From the NCBI GenBank assembly GCA_036149055.1, contig JAYZQJ010000081.1, positions 12,076 through 76,075 of the forward strand: a DNA stretch of 64,000 nt, written 5' to 3'. Within the stretch, counting starts at the first letter, position 1, and each line of letters opens with the position of its first letter. The notes beneath the pieces are model-generated. The model did no database searches. It was not told the DNA's origin and saw only the letters and a list, made by a program, of their open reading frames with translations. The translations under genes were made by a program, and so were the position numbers. Source of the DNA: Myxococcota bacterium. GTDB taxonomy: Bacteria > Myxococcota_A > Polyangia > Polyangiales > Sandaracinaceae. Shown piece by piece: positions 10,136 through 19,390 of this stretch.

Positions 10136-11020
10136 ATGAAAAGCCCGGACCCGTCCTGGGACGACCTCCGGGTGGTGGTGCTCGCGACCCGCGCCGGCTC
10201 GCTGTCCGGGGTGGCCCGCCACCTCGACGTCTCGGTCGCGACGGTGGGGCGGCGGCTCGACCGGATCGAGGAGGCGCTCGGCGTGCGCCTCTTCCACCGT
10301 CACGCCGGCGGGCTGACGCCGACCGAGGAGGCGGCGCTGCTGCTCGAGCGCGCCGACGCGGTGGCCGACGAGGTGGCGGCCTTCGTGCGGGCGGCCAAGG
10401 CGACCGAGCGCGAGGAGGGCGTGGTCACCATCTCGACCCTGGAGACGGTCGTCACCCACGTCATCGCCCCGCGCCTGGCCGAGTTCCGGGCCGCGCACCC
10501 GCGGGTGGATCTGGTGCTGCGCAGCTCGCCTCGGATCGTGCGCCTCGATCGCCGCATGGCCGACATCGCCATCCGGGTGGTGCGCCCCCACGAGTCGCGG
10601 GTGGTGGGCCGCAAGATCGGCACGCTCGACTTCGGCCTCTACGCGTCGCCGGCCTACATCGCGCGGCGCGGCCGCCCCTCGCCGGGGGACCTGCACGACC
10701 ACGACGTCGTCATGTACGACGCGAGCTGGGACTCCATCCCGGAGATGACCTGGCTGGCCGAGCGCATGCGCGGCGCGAACGCCGCCTTCCGGGTGACCAC
10801 CGCCAACGCGATCTTCGAGACCCTCGCGAGCGGCGCCGCCGTCGGCCTCCTCCCCTGCTTCCTGGCCACGCCGGAGCTCGAGCGCCTCGCCGGCCCGGAG
10901 GAGCTCCCGTCGCGCGATCTCTGGCTCGTGATGCACGAGGATCTGCGCCGCGTGCCGCACGTGCGCGCCGCCGCCGAGTTCCTCGCCCGGGCCACCGCCG
11001 AGGCCCTGGAGCGGGGCTGA
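10136..11020 (+). CDS. LysR family transcriptional regulator
   Basis: WDDLR...GSLSGVARHL...TVGRRLDRIEEALGVRLF HTH; divergent from the hydrolase. Confidence 0.93.
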   Translation: MKSPDPSWDDLRVVVLATRAGSLSGVARHLDVSVATVGRRLDRIEEALGVRLFHRHAGGLTPTEEAALLLERADAVADEVAAFVRAAKATEREEGVVTISTLETVVTHVIAPRLAEFRAAHPRVDLVLRSSPRIVRLDRRMADIAIRVVRPHESRVVGRKIGTLDFGLYASPAYIARRGRPSPGDLHDHDVVMYDASWDSIPEMTWLAERMRGANAAFRVTTANAIFETLASGAAVGLLPCFLATPELERLAGPEELPSRDLWLVMHEDLRRVPHVRAAAEFLARATAEALERG

Positions 11021-11044
11021 GCGGCGCGGTACCGTCGAGGCGCC

Positions 11045-12562
11045 ATGACGAAGAAGGTCGCCATCTTCTGGCCCGGCGACGCGCGGGCCATCCCCAACGA
11101 GCTCGCCACGCCCAACGCGGAGGAGGCGACCCAGCAGCTCGAGAACGCGCTGAAGAAGCTCGGCCGGCAGCCCTACCGGGTGCCCGGGTTCCTCGCCAAG
11201 CCGCACGAGGCCATCACCAAGCTCGGCCCGATCGACGACCCGATGGTCGGCGTGTGCGTGCACTGGTTCTACGGCCCGCACACCACCGACGGCGTGGTCG
11301 GCAAGGACAACCCGCTGCTCCTCGCGAGCAACTTCAGCGGGCAGTGGCCGGGCCTGGTCGGGCTGCTGAACACCGGCGCGTGCCTCGAGTCGCTCGACCG
11401 GCCGCACTCGCGCATCTGGACCGACGCGCCCGACTGGACGGCCGACGACGCGTTCATGGCGCGGCTCGACGAGTGGTGCTCGAGCGGCGCGGTCCGCTAC
11501 GGCGACGAGGCGATCCACCACCACGCGCCGGTGAGCCCCGAGGCGTCGGCGCGAGCGCAGCGGGTGGCGAAGCAGTTTCGCGAGCGGCGCGCGCTGATCT
11601 TGATGCTCGGCGACACCTCGATGGGCATGATCAACGGCTACTTCGGCCCGCGCCTGCTCAACCGCCACGGCTTCACCGAGCACAAGGTCGACCAGGCCTG
11701 GATCCTCGACCGCGGCCGCCGCATCGACGAGAAGCGCATCGACGACGCGCTCGCGTTCGTGAAGGCCAAGGGCGTGACCTTCCACTGGCAGGAGGGCGAC
11801 GACGCGCAGGACTTCACCGAGAACGACACCCGCGAGCAGCTCCGCGACTACCTCGCGGTGCTCGACCTGATCGGCGAGTTCGAGGCCGACTGTCTCGGGT
11901 GGCAGTACCAGCTCGGGCTCATCCCGCTGCGGCCGCCGTCGGACTTCGCGGAGGGCCTGTTCAACTCGACCTGCCGCCCGGAGTCGAACGGCGACACCGT
12001 CACCACCGCGACCGAGGCCGACCAGGGCAACGTGGTGCCGCAGGAGATGATGAAGCGGCTCCTGAAGGACAAGGGGCTGCACCAGGCGGTGATGTTCCAC
12101 GACGTGCGCTGGGGCGCCGAGCACGAGGGCCGCTTCCTCTGGGTGCTGCTCAACAGCGGCAGCTGCGGCGCCTACGCGTTCAACCACGACCCCGAGACGC
12201 TCGAGGGCGCGCACACCTACCGTCAGCCCTCGCTCTACTTCCCGACCCCCGGCGGCACCTTCGCCGGCGAGAGCCTGCCCGGCGAGATGACCTGGGCCCG
12301 CAGCTACATTCGCGGCGGCGAGCTCTGGATGGACATCGGCAAGGGCGAGGTGGTGAAACTCCCGCCCGCCGTGCGCGACGCGTGGTGGGAGGGCACCACC
12401 CGCCAGTGGCCCTTCATGGCCGCCGACATGGGCATCGGCCGGGACACGCTCATGGCCCACTACCTCTCGAACCACGTCGCCGTCGCCTACGGCGACATCT
12501 TCGAGGAGATGGTCGCCCTCAGCCAGGAGCTCGGCTTCCGCGTCCGCGTTCTGCGCGAATGA
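11045..12562 (+). CDS. L-fucose/D-arabinose isomerase-like protein
   Basis: SNFSGQWPGLVGLLN, GWQYQLG, TEADQG, FHDVRWG, SNHVAVAYGD resemble FucI-superfamily metal-ligand regions. Confidence 0.75.
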   Translation: MTKKVAIFWPGDARAIPNELATPNAEEATQQLENALKKLGRQPYRVPGFLAKPHEAITKLGPIDDPMVGVCVHWFYGPHTTDGVVGKDNPLLLASNFSGQWPGLVGLLNTGACLESLDRPHSRIWTDAPDWTADDAFMARLDEWCSSGAVRYGDEAIHHHAPVSPEASARAQRVAKQFRERRALILMLGDTSMGMINGYFGPRLLNRHGFTEHKVDQAWILDRGRRIDEKRIDDALAFVKAKGVTFHWQEGDDAQDFTENDTREQLRDYLAVLDLIGEFEADCLGWQYQLGLIPLRPPSDFAEGLFNSTCRPESNGDTVTTATEADQGNVVPQEMMKRLLKDKGLHQAVMFHDVRWGAEHEGRFLWVLLNSGSCGAYAFNHDPETLEGAHTYRQPSLYFPTPGGTFAGESLPGEMTWARSYIRGGELWMDIGKGEVVKLPPAVRDAWWEGTTRQWPFMAADMGIGRDTLMAHYLSNHVAVAYGDIFEEMVALSQELGFRVRVLRE

Positions 12563-12589
12563 GCGAGCCTCGCGCCCGGTTGCTCGGAG

Positions 12590-12979
12590 GTGAACGCGCT
12601 GGCGCTCCTCGTCTCCTGGCTCCTCGGCGTCGCGCTCTGGGGCACGCTCTCGGGGGGCGGCGGCGCGATGGATCTGGCGGCGCGGGCCGTCGCCGGGGCG
12701 GCGCTCGGCGAGGTGGTCCTGCACTTCATGGCCTTTCGACGGGCCGAGGCGCGCTGGGTCGCGATCGCGCTGACGCTCGCCATGATCGGCGCCGGCAGCC
12801 TCGTCGCCGCGGCGAGCGACGCGCTGGCCGACGGCCGAATCCACACGGCGCTCGATCTGGACCACGCGAGCCTCGTTCGCTGGTGGACCTACCGTCGCCC
12901 GGTCGACGCGTTGACCGAGACGCTGGCCCTCGTCGGCGCGTGGGGCACCGCGGGTCGGGTGGCGCCCTCCGGGCCGTAG
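12590..12979 (+). CDS. small hypothetical membrane protein (5' end possibly frameshifted; see findings)
   Basis: Three hydrophobic helices; fills the gap between the isomerase and the convergent kinase. Confidence 0.55.
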   Translation: MNALALLVSWLLGVALWGTLSGGGGAMDLAARAVAGAALGEVVLHFMAFRRAEARWVAIALTLAMIGAGSLVAAASDALADGRIHTALDLDHASLVRWWTYRRPVDALTETLALVGAWGTAGRVAPSGP

Positions 12980-12980
12980 C

Positions 12981-14882
12981 TCACCCGGGCAGCATCTGGC
13001 GCAGGCGGTGGTTCTGGATCAGGCGCTTGCGCTCGGCGTGGTTGAGCGCCTCGATGGCCCGGCCGACCAGGATGTTCGGGACCAGGGCCACGAACAGGGC
13101 CACGAAGAAGAGGAGCACGCTGGTCGGGAGGGCGGGGAAGTCCACCAGGTGCGGCATGATCAGGATCATGCCTCCCTGGAAGTCGATGCTCCGCGGGAGC
13201 ACGCCGACCTGCTGGAGGGCGAGCGGGATCATCACACTGAGCACGCTGCACGCGTTGATGAGGCCGCGCATCTTCCAGTCGGCGCGCTGGCTGACGGTGA
13301 AGGCGACGGCCGTCGCGCTCGCGAGGGCGGGCACGAGGAAGAACGGCCCGACGACCGCGCTGAAGACCGCGAGCGTGGCGAAAGCGAAGGGCACCGCGGG
13401 GGCGACGAGCGCGCCCACCGCGCGCTGATGGCGCCAGAGCACGAGCGCGCCGAGGGCGCTGCCGACCAGCAAGGCGGTGAGCGCGAAGAAGGTGGGCCAG
13501 TCGCGGATGCCCATCCACCAGAGGATGGGCAGCACCGCGGTGCCGGCGGTGTAGGCGAGCGCGCTCCGGCCGTAGGCGAGCGAGGCGCCGCGGCGACGCT
13601 CCACCTCGATCTCCTGCTCGACCTCGTCCGGCACCCGGCGCATCTCGGTCTCGGTCAGCAGCTTCTCGATCATGCCGATCATCTCGCGGTTGCCCGGGTC
13701 GAGCACCGCGGCGGCGCCGAGCTCGCGGAGCGCCTGCACCCGCACCGTCTCGCTCGAGCCGATCCGGTCGCTCGCCATCGAGACCCGGGCCGCCTCCGCG
13801 TGCTGCCCGGCGACCTCTCGCCGCAGCTCCGCGTTGCGCTCGCCCTCGAGGTAGGCGCGGAGCGCCTCGAGCATCTCGCCCGCGTCGGCGTAGCGCTCGT
13901 CGGGCGTGGGCGCGGTGGCCCGCTCGCAGATCACGTCGATCTCGGTCGGGAACTCCGGGTCGTCCAGGCGCGCGCTCGGACGCGCGTCGACGCCGTTGAC
14001 GGTCGAGCGCATCCGGTCACCGGCCGAGCCCTTGTGCAGCGGCTGATGCGTGCAGCACTCGAAGAGGATCACGCCGAGCGTGTAGACGTCGGCCCGGGCG
14101 TCGACCTCGTCCCCGGTGGCCTGCTCGGGCGACATGTAGCCGGCCGTGCCCACCACCGAGCCCGGCACGGTGTACTGCGGCGCGCCCTCGTCGGTGGTCG
14201 GGTCGGTGAGGTCGGTGTCGGTGCGGAGCTTGGCGATGCCCCAGTCCAGCACGTTCACCTCACCGTAGTCGCCGACCATGATGTTGGCGGGCTTGAGGTC
14301 GCGGTGCACCACGCCGCGCGAGTGCGCGTAGGCGACCGTCTCGATCACGCGCTCGACGATCGAGAGCAGCGCGCGGCGGTGGAAGCGGTCCTCGAGGCTC
14401 TTGGTCTTGCTCGCGAGGCCGACGAGGATGCGCTGGAGGGTGATCCCCTTGACCCGCTTCATCGCGAAGTACGGCTGGCCGCTCGGGGTCACGCCGAGGT
14501 CGTAGACCGGCACCACGCCGGGGTGCTCGAGCTGCGCCTGCACGCGCGCCTCGCGGATGAACCGCTCCCGGGACGTCCGGCCGCGCACCTCGGGGAGCAG
14601 CACCTTCACCGCGACCTCGCGGCCGATCTGGTGGTCGTGGCAGAGATCGACCTTGCCCATGCCGCCCTCGCCCAGCTCGCGGCGCGCCTCGTAGCGCTCC
14701 CAGCCGAGGTCCGAGAGCTGCCGGGGGCTGGCGTCGACGTCGGGGCTCGGCGCCTCGGACGGCAGGTCCCCCTCGATGGTCTCGGTCTCCAGGTCGTCGA
14801 CCATCGTGTCGGCGCCGCGCGCCGCCGGCCCACCCGCCATCGTCCGGGAGCCCTCGCCCCAGTCGTCCCCGTTGCTGCTCAT
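12981..14882 (-). CDS. Ser/Thr protein kinase with C-terminal multi-TM domain
   Basis: GEGGMGKV, VAVK, HRDLKPAN, DWG, GTAGYMSPEQ; about 5-6 TM helices at the C-terminus. Confidence 0.93.
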   Translation of the reverse strand: MSSNGDDWGEGSRTMAGGPAARGADTMVDDLETETIEGDLPSEAPSPDVDASPRQLSDLGWERYEARRELGEGGMGKVDLCHDHQIGREVAVKVLLPEVRGRTSRERFIREARVQAQLEHPGVVPVYDLGVTPSGQPYFAMKRVKGITLQRILVGLASKTKSLEDRFHRRALLSIVERVIETVAYAHSRGVVHRDLKPANIMVGDYGEVNVLDWGIAKLRTDTDLTDPTTDEGAPQYTVPGSVVGTAGYMSPEQATGDEVDARADVYTLGVILFECCTHQPLHKGSAGDRMRSTVNGVDARPSARLDDPEFPTEIDVICERATAPTPDERYADAGEMLEALRAYLEGERNAELRREVAGQHAEAARVSMASDRIGSSETVRVQALRELGAAAVLDPGNREMIGMIEKLLTETEMRRVPDEVEQEIEVERRRGASLAYGRSALAYTAGTAVLPILWWMGIRDWPTFFALTALLVGSALGALVLWRHQRAVGALVAPAVPFAFATLAVFSAVVGPFFLVPALASATAVAFTVSQRADWKMRGLINACSVLSVMIPLALQQVGVLPRSIDFQGGMILIMPHLVDFPALPTSVLLFFVALFVALVPNILVGRAIEALNHAERKRLIQNHRLRQMLPG

Positions 14883-14964
14883 GCGGGGGATTGAAGCATC
14901 GACGCGCACCGGGGGCGACTTCGTCACGCTTGATCGCCCGGCCGTCCGCGGGCGACGGTGACGC

Positions 14965-16599
14965 ATGACCGACCTCTTCCTCGGGATCGACGTGGGCACC
15001 GGGAGCGCCCGCGCCGGGCTCTTCGACGCGGCCGGGGCGCGCCACGGCATGGGCGTGACCGAGATCCAGCTGCACCGCCCCCGGACCGACTTCGTGGAGC
15101 AGTCCTCGGACGACATCTGGCGAGCGTGCGCGGCGTCGGTGAAGGCGGCGCTCGCCGAGGCGGGCGCGCGACCGGAGCAGGTGAAGGGCATCGGCTTCGA
15201 CGCGACCTGCTCGCTCGTCGCGCTCGACGCCGCGGGGGGCCCGGTCACCGTCAGCCCGTCCGGCGACGATCGGTGGAACGTGATCGTGTGGATGGACCAC
15301 CGCGCCCTGGACCAGACGGCGCGCATCAACGCCACCGGGCACGACGTGCTGCGGTACGTCGGCGGCACGATGAGCCCCGAGATGGAGCCCCCGAAGCTGC
15401 TGTGGCTGAAGGAGCGGCTCCCGGAGACCTGGGCGCGGGCCGCGCGCTTCTTCGACCTGCCGGACTTCCTCGTGCACCGCGCCACCGGCGCCGACGTGCG
15501 CTCGCTCTGCACCACCGTGTGCAAGTGGACCTACCTCGGGCACGAGGACCGCTGGGACGACTCGTTCTTCCGCGCGGTGGGCCTCGGCGAGCTGGCGGAC
15601 GACGGGCACGCGCGGATCGGCGCAGACGTGCGGCCGATGGGCGAGCGCGCGGGAGGCCTGAGCGCGGAGGCGGCGGGCGAGCTCGGGCTCGCGCCGGGCA
15701 CCCCGGTCGGCGTGGCCATCATCGACGCGCACGCCGGCGGCCTCGGCCTGCTCGGCGCCCGCGGGGCGGGAGCGCCGCCGCTCGACGCCGAGGCGCTCGA
15801 GACGCGGCTCGCGCTGATCGGCGGCACCTCGAGCTGCCACATGGCGGTGAGCCGCGAGCCCAAGCACATCCCCGGCATCTGGGGCCCCTACCACTCGGCC
15901 ATGGTGCCCGGCCTCTGGCTGACCGAGGGGGGACAGTCGGCGACGGGCGCGCTCATCGACCACGTGATCGCGAGCCACGCGCGCGCGGCGGAGCTCGAGG
16001 CGGACGCCCGGCGCGAGGGCACGACGGTGTACGCGCTGCTGAACGCGCGGCTCGACGCCCTCGCCGAGGCGGTCGCCTTCCCCGCCGCGCTCACCCGGGA
16101 GCTGCACGTGCTCCCCGACTTCCACGGCAACCGCAGCCCCCGCGCCGACCCGACCCTGCGCGGCATGATCAGCGGGCTGAAGCTCGACGCGTCGGTCGAC
16201 GCCCTCGCGCTGCTCTACCTGGCGACCGTGCAGGCGATCGCGCACGGCACCCGGCACATCGTCGACGCGATGAACGCGGCCGGCTACCGCATCGACACCC
16301 TCGTCGCCTGCGGCGGGGACACCAAGAACCCGATCTTCCTCCGCGCGCACGCCGACGCGAGCCGCTGCCGGGTGGTGCTGCCGCGCGAGCCGGAGGCGGT
16401 GCTGCTCGGCGCCTCGATGCTGGGCGCGACCGCGAGCGGGCACGCGGCCGACCTGGTCACCGCGATGGGCTCGATGAACGCCGCCGAGCGCGTGCTGTCG
16501 CCGACCGGCGGCGAGGTCGCCGCCTACCACGAGCGGAAGCACCGGATCTTCCACCGCATGCACGCCGATCAGCTCGCCTATCGCGAGGTGATGGGCTGA
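14965..16599 (+). CDS. FGGY-family pentulose (ribulo)kinase
   Basis: [49 protein letters not shown]. Confidence 0.92.
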   Translation: MTDLFLGIDVGTGSARAGLFDAAGARHGMGVTEIQLHRPRTDFVEQSSDDIWRACAASVKAALAEAGARPEQVKGIGFDATCSLVALDAAGGPVTVSPSGDDRWNVIVWMDHRALDQTARINATGHDVLRYVGGTMSPEMEPPKLLWLKERLPETWARAARFFDLPDFLVHRATGADVRSLCTTVCKWTYLGHEDRWDDSFFRAVGLGELADDGHARIGADVRPMGERAGGLSAEAAGELGLAPGTPVGVAIIDAHAGGLGLLGARGAGAPPLDAEALETRLALIGGTSSCHMAVSREPKHIPGIWGPYHSAMVPGLWLTEGGQSATGALIDHVIASHARAAELEADARREGTTVYALLNARLDALAEAVAFPAALTRELHVLPDFHGNRSPRADPTLRGMISGLKLDASVDALALLYLATVQAIAHGTRHIVDAMNAAGYRIDTLVACGGDTKNPIFLRAHADASRCRVVLPREPEAVLLGASMLGATASGHAADLVTAMGSMNAAERVLSPTGGEVAAYHERKHRIFHRMHADQLAYREVMG

Positions 16600-16611
16600 C
16601 CGCGCGCGGCG

Positions 16612-18162
16612 TCAGCTCGCCAGGGCGCCCGAGCGGGACGGCGCCGAGGCGCGGCGCACCGCGTCGATCAGGGCGCGGCGCGAGAACGGCTTGTGGAGCA
16701 GCTCGCCGCCGAGGACCTCGCCGTAGCTCGTGTAGCCGGTCACGAAGACCGGGGTGACCTCGGGGCGGAGCGCGCCGATCCGGGCCGCGAGCTCCTGGCC
16801 GGTCAGCCCGGGCATCACCAGGTCCGTCACCAGCACGTCGACCGAGAGCCCGTCGCGCAGGGCGGCGAGCGCCTCGAAGCCGTTCGCGGCCTGGGTCACC
16901 TCGGCGCCGGCGCGCCGCAGCCCCTCCGCGCTGAGCCGGCGCAGCCGCGCGTCGTCGTCGACGAGGAGCACCCGGATCCCCGAGAGGGGCGGCGCGTCGG
17001 CCGCGCCCGGGCACGCGCAGGCGGTCACCCGCGGCAGGTAGATCTTGACCCGCGTGCCCCGCCCCACCTCGCTCTCGAGCGTCACCGCGCCTCCCGACTG
17101 CCGCACGATCCCGTAGACGATCGACAGCCCGAGACCTCGGGTCCCGCCGTCCTCGCTGGTGAAGAACGGCTCGAAGACGCGCTCGAGGCTCTCGCGCGTC
17201 AGCCCGCGGCCCTCGTCCGCGATCGTGATCCGCACGTACTCGCCGGGCCGGACCGTCTGGCCTCCGCGACGGAGCGTCTCGACCAGGGTCACCGGCCGCA
17301 CGTCCAGGGAGACGCAGCCCCCCGGAGAGGCCTGGCGGGCGTTGTCGAGCACCCGGCGCAGCGCGCCGAGGAGCTGCCGCGGGTCGCACGAGACGCAGGC
17401 GGGCTCCTCGGGGAGCTGGACCACCAGCCGGTGCGCCTCGCCCATCCCCGCGCCGAGCCGGGGCGCCTCCTCCCGCAGGAGGGCGTCGAGGTCGCAGGTG
17501 ACGGGCTCGCGGGGCTCGCGGGCGCCGAACGCCACCAGCCGGTGGGTCAGGGCGGTGGCGCGCTCCACCGCGTCGAGGGCGGCGCCCAGCTCCTCGCGGG
17601 TCGCCGCTTCGGCGCTCGCGTCCGCCGCGAACGAGACCGACGCGTGGATCTCCATCAGGGCGTTGTTGAACACGTGCGAGACCGCGCCGGCGAGGCGCCC
17701 GAGGGCCTCGAGCCGCTGGGCGACCCGCGCCTCCCGCGCGACGTGGGCGCGGTCGACGGCGTAGCGGATCGCGCGCTCGAGGGTGGCCTGCTCGAGGCCC
17801 GTGCGCGGCAGGTGATCGTCCGCCCCCGCCCGCACCGCGGTCACGCCCGCGCCCGGCAGGTCCGGGGGCGTGAGAACGAGGAGCCCGCAGCTCCGGTGGG
17901 CGCCCCGGATCCGCTCGACGTCGGCGAGGGCGGCCGCGTCGAGCGCGGGCAGGTCGAGCACCAGGACGTCGAACGCCCGCCCGTCGACGATCGCCTGGGT
18001 GACGTCCTCCGCCTCGGAGACCTCGAACCCGACCGGATCGATCCGCGCGAGGACCTCGGGGAGCTGGCGGCGCACCGTCGGGTCGGCGCTCACCAGCAGG
18101 AGACGGATGCCCCCGGCGCGCTCGAGCTCCCCGCTGGCCGTGACTTCGTCCGGCTGACGCAT
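16612..18162 (-). CDS. hybrid sensor histidine kinase (REC-HisKA-HATPase-REC)
   Basis: LGRLAGAVSHVFNN H-box, DEGRG, FEPFFT, GLGLSIV; C-terminal REC VLLVDDD...LVTDLVMPG...KP. Confidence 0.9.
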   Translation of the reverse strand: MRQPDEVTASGELERAGGIRLLLVSADPTVRRQLPEVLARIDPVGFEVSEAEDVTQAIVDGRAFDVLVLDLPALDAAALADVERIRGAHRSCGLLVLTPPDLPGAGVTAVRAGADDHLPRTGLEQATLERAIRYAVDRAHVAREARVAQRLEALGRLAGAVSHVFNNALMEIHASVSFAADASAEAATREELGAALDAVERATALTHRLVAFGAREPREPVTCDLDALLREEAPRLGAGMGEAHRLVVQLPEEPACVSCDPRQLLGALRRVLDNARQASPGGCVSLDVRPVTLVETLRRGGQTVRPGEYVRITIADEGRGLTRESLERVFEPFFTSEDGGTRGLGLSIVYGIVRQSGGAVTLESEVGRGTRVKIYLPRVTACACPGAADAPPLSGIRVLLVDDDARLRRLSAEGLRRAGAEVTQAANGFEALAALRDGLSVDVLVTDLVMPGLTGQELAARIGALRPEVTPVFVTGYTSYGEVLGGELLHKPFSRRALIDAVRRASAPSRSGALAS

Positions 18163-18261
18163 GGCTACGAGGTTCGTCGCCGGACGTCATTTCCACATGG
18201 GGGTTAACCCGGAAGCGCGCCCCGGGATCCCCCGAAAATCACTTCGAAAAGACCCATCGGG

Positions 18262-18615
18262 TCAGCCCGAAGCGAGCAAGCTCTCGAGGGCCTCCCAGAG
18301 GCGGTGCTTGGGCGCGAAGCCCAGGGCGCCCGCCGCCTCGGCCTCGAGGTGATACGCGGGGTCGTCGTGCAGGGACATCAGCACGCAGCGCACGTCGGTC
18401 TCTCGCAGCTCCCGCACGAGCTCGAGGCCCACGCCGTCGGGCAGGCCGAAGTCCACGAGGAGCAGCTCCGGACGCCGCTCGGGCAGCACGTCGCGGGCCT
18501 CGGCCAGGGTCCCCGCCTCCGCGACCACGCGCGCGCCCTTCCGCTCGAGGGCCCGCGAGAGCCGGGCCCGGAACCGGAGGTCGTCCTCGACGAGCATGAT
18601 GGAGAGATCGCGCAT
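18262..18615 (-). CDS. single-domain response regulator
   Basis: MLVEDD, LLLVDFGLPDGVG, GALGFAPK; GAGG RBS. Confidence 0.88.
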   Translation of the reverse strand: MRDLSIMLVEDDLRFRARLSRALERKGARVVAEAGTLAEARDVLPERRPELLLVDFGLPDGVGLELVRELRETDVRCVLMSLHDDPAYHLEAEAAGALGFAPKHRLWEALESLLASG

Positions 18616-18688
18616 CCTCTCTTCACCGTGGGCGCACGAGGGCGATCGCCCCATGAGGGAAAACCCGGATCCGCCTCGGGGAGAACCC

Positions 18689-19333
18689 TCAGGGATCGAT
18701 GAGGCCGTAGCGGACCGCCAGCCGCGTGAGCTCCGCGACGTTCTTCGCCCCGAGCTTCTTGGTCAGCTGCGCGCGGTGCGACTCCACGGTCTTCACGCTG
18801 ATGAAGAGCTTGGCGGCGATCTCCTTGGTGCTCGCCCCCTCGTCGATCAGCTGGAGGATCTCGCGCTGCCGGTCGGTCAGCTGATCGAGCGGCGTCGTGC
18901 CGAGCCCTCCGCCGCCGACCAGGGTGTCGACCAGCGCGCCCGCGACGCTGGGGCTGAGGTACTTGCCGCCCGCCCGGACCGCGTCGACCGCGAGCGCGAG
19001 CTCCTCGGGCGCGCCGTCCTTGAGCACGTAGCCGCGGACCCCCAGCTCGAGCGCGCGGTGCACGTACGCCGGCTCGGCGTGGACCGAGAGCACGATCACC
19101 GCGAGCCCGGGGCGCGCGACGAGGGCCTGCTTGGCGACGTCGAGGCCATTGAGCCCCGGCAGCCCGATGTCGGTGACGAGCAGATCGACGTCGTCGGCTT
19201 CGAGCCTGCGGAGCGCCTCGTGCCCCTCCCCCGCCTCGCCGATCACCTCGACGTCGGGGTGCCCCTCGAGCAGCCGCCGGAGCCCCGCCCGCACGAGGCG
19301 GTGATCGTCGACCAGGAGCGCCCGCAGGGTCAC
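18689..19333 (-). CDS. NarL/LuxR-family DNA-binding response regulator
   Basis: LLVDDHRLVRAG, TDIGLPGLNG, LTDRQREIL...KEIAAKLFISVKTVESHR. Confidence 0.95.
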   Translation of the reverse strand: MTLRALLVDDHRLVRAGLRRLLEGHPDVEVIGEAGEGHEALRRLEADDVDLLVTDIGLPGLNGLDVAKQALVARPGLAVIVLSVHAEPAYVHRALELGVRGYVLKDGAPEELALAVDAVRAGGKYLSPSVAGALVDTLVGGGGLGTTPLDQLTDRQREILQLIDEGASTKEIAAKLFISVKTVESHRAQLTKKLGAKNVAELTRLAVRYGLIDP

Positions 19334-19390
19334 GGTCGCCCTCCGGGGCGGCGCCCGTTGAGCCCCGGCGCGCGTCCGGTGACACTGCGG

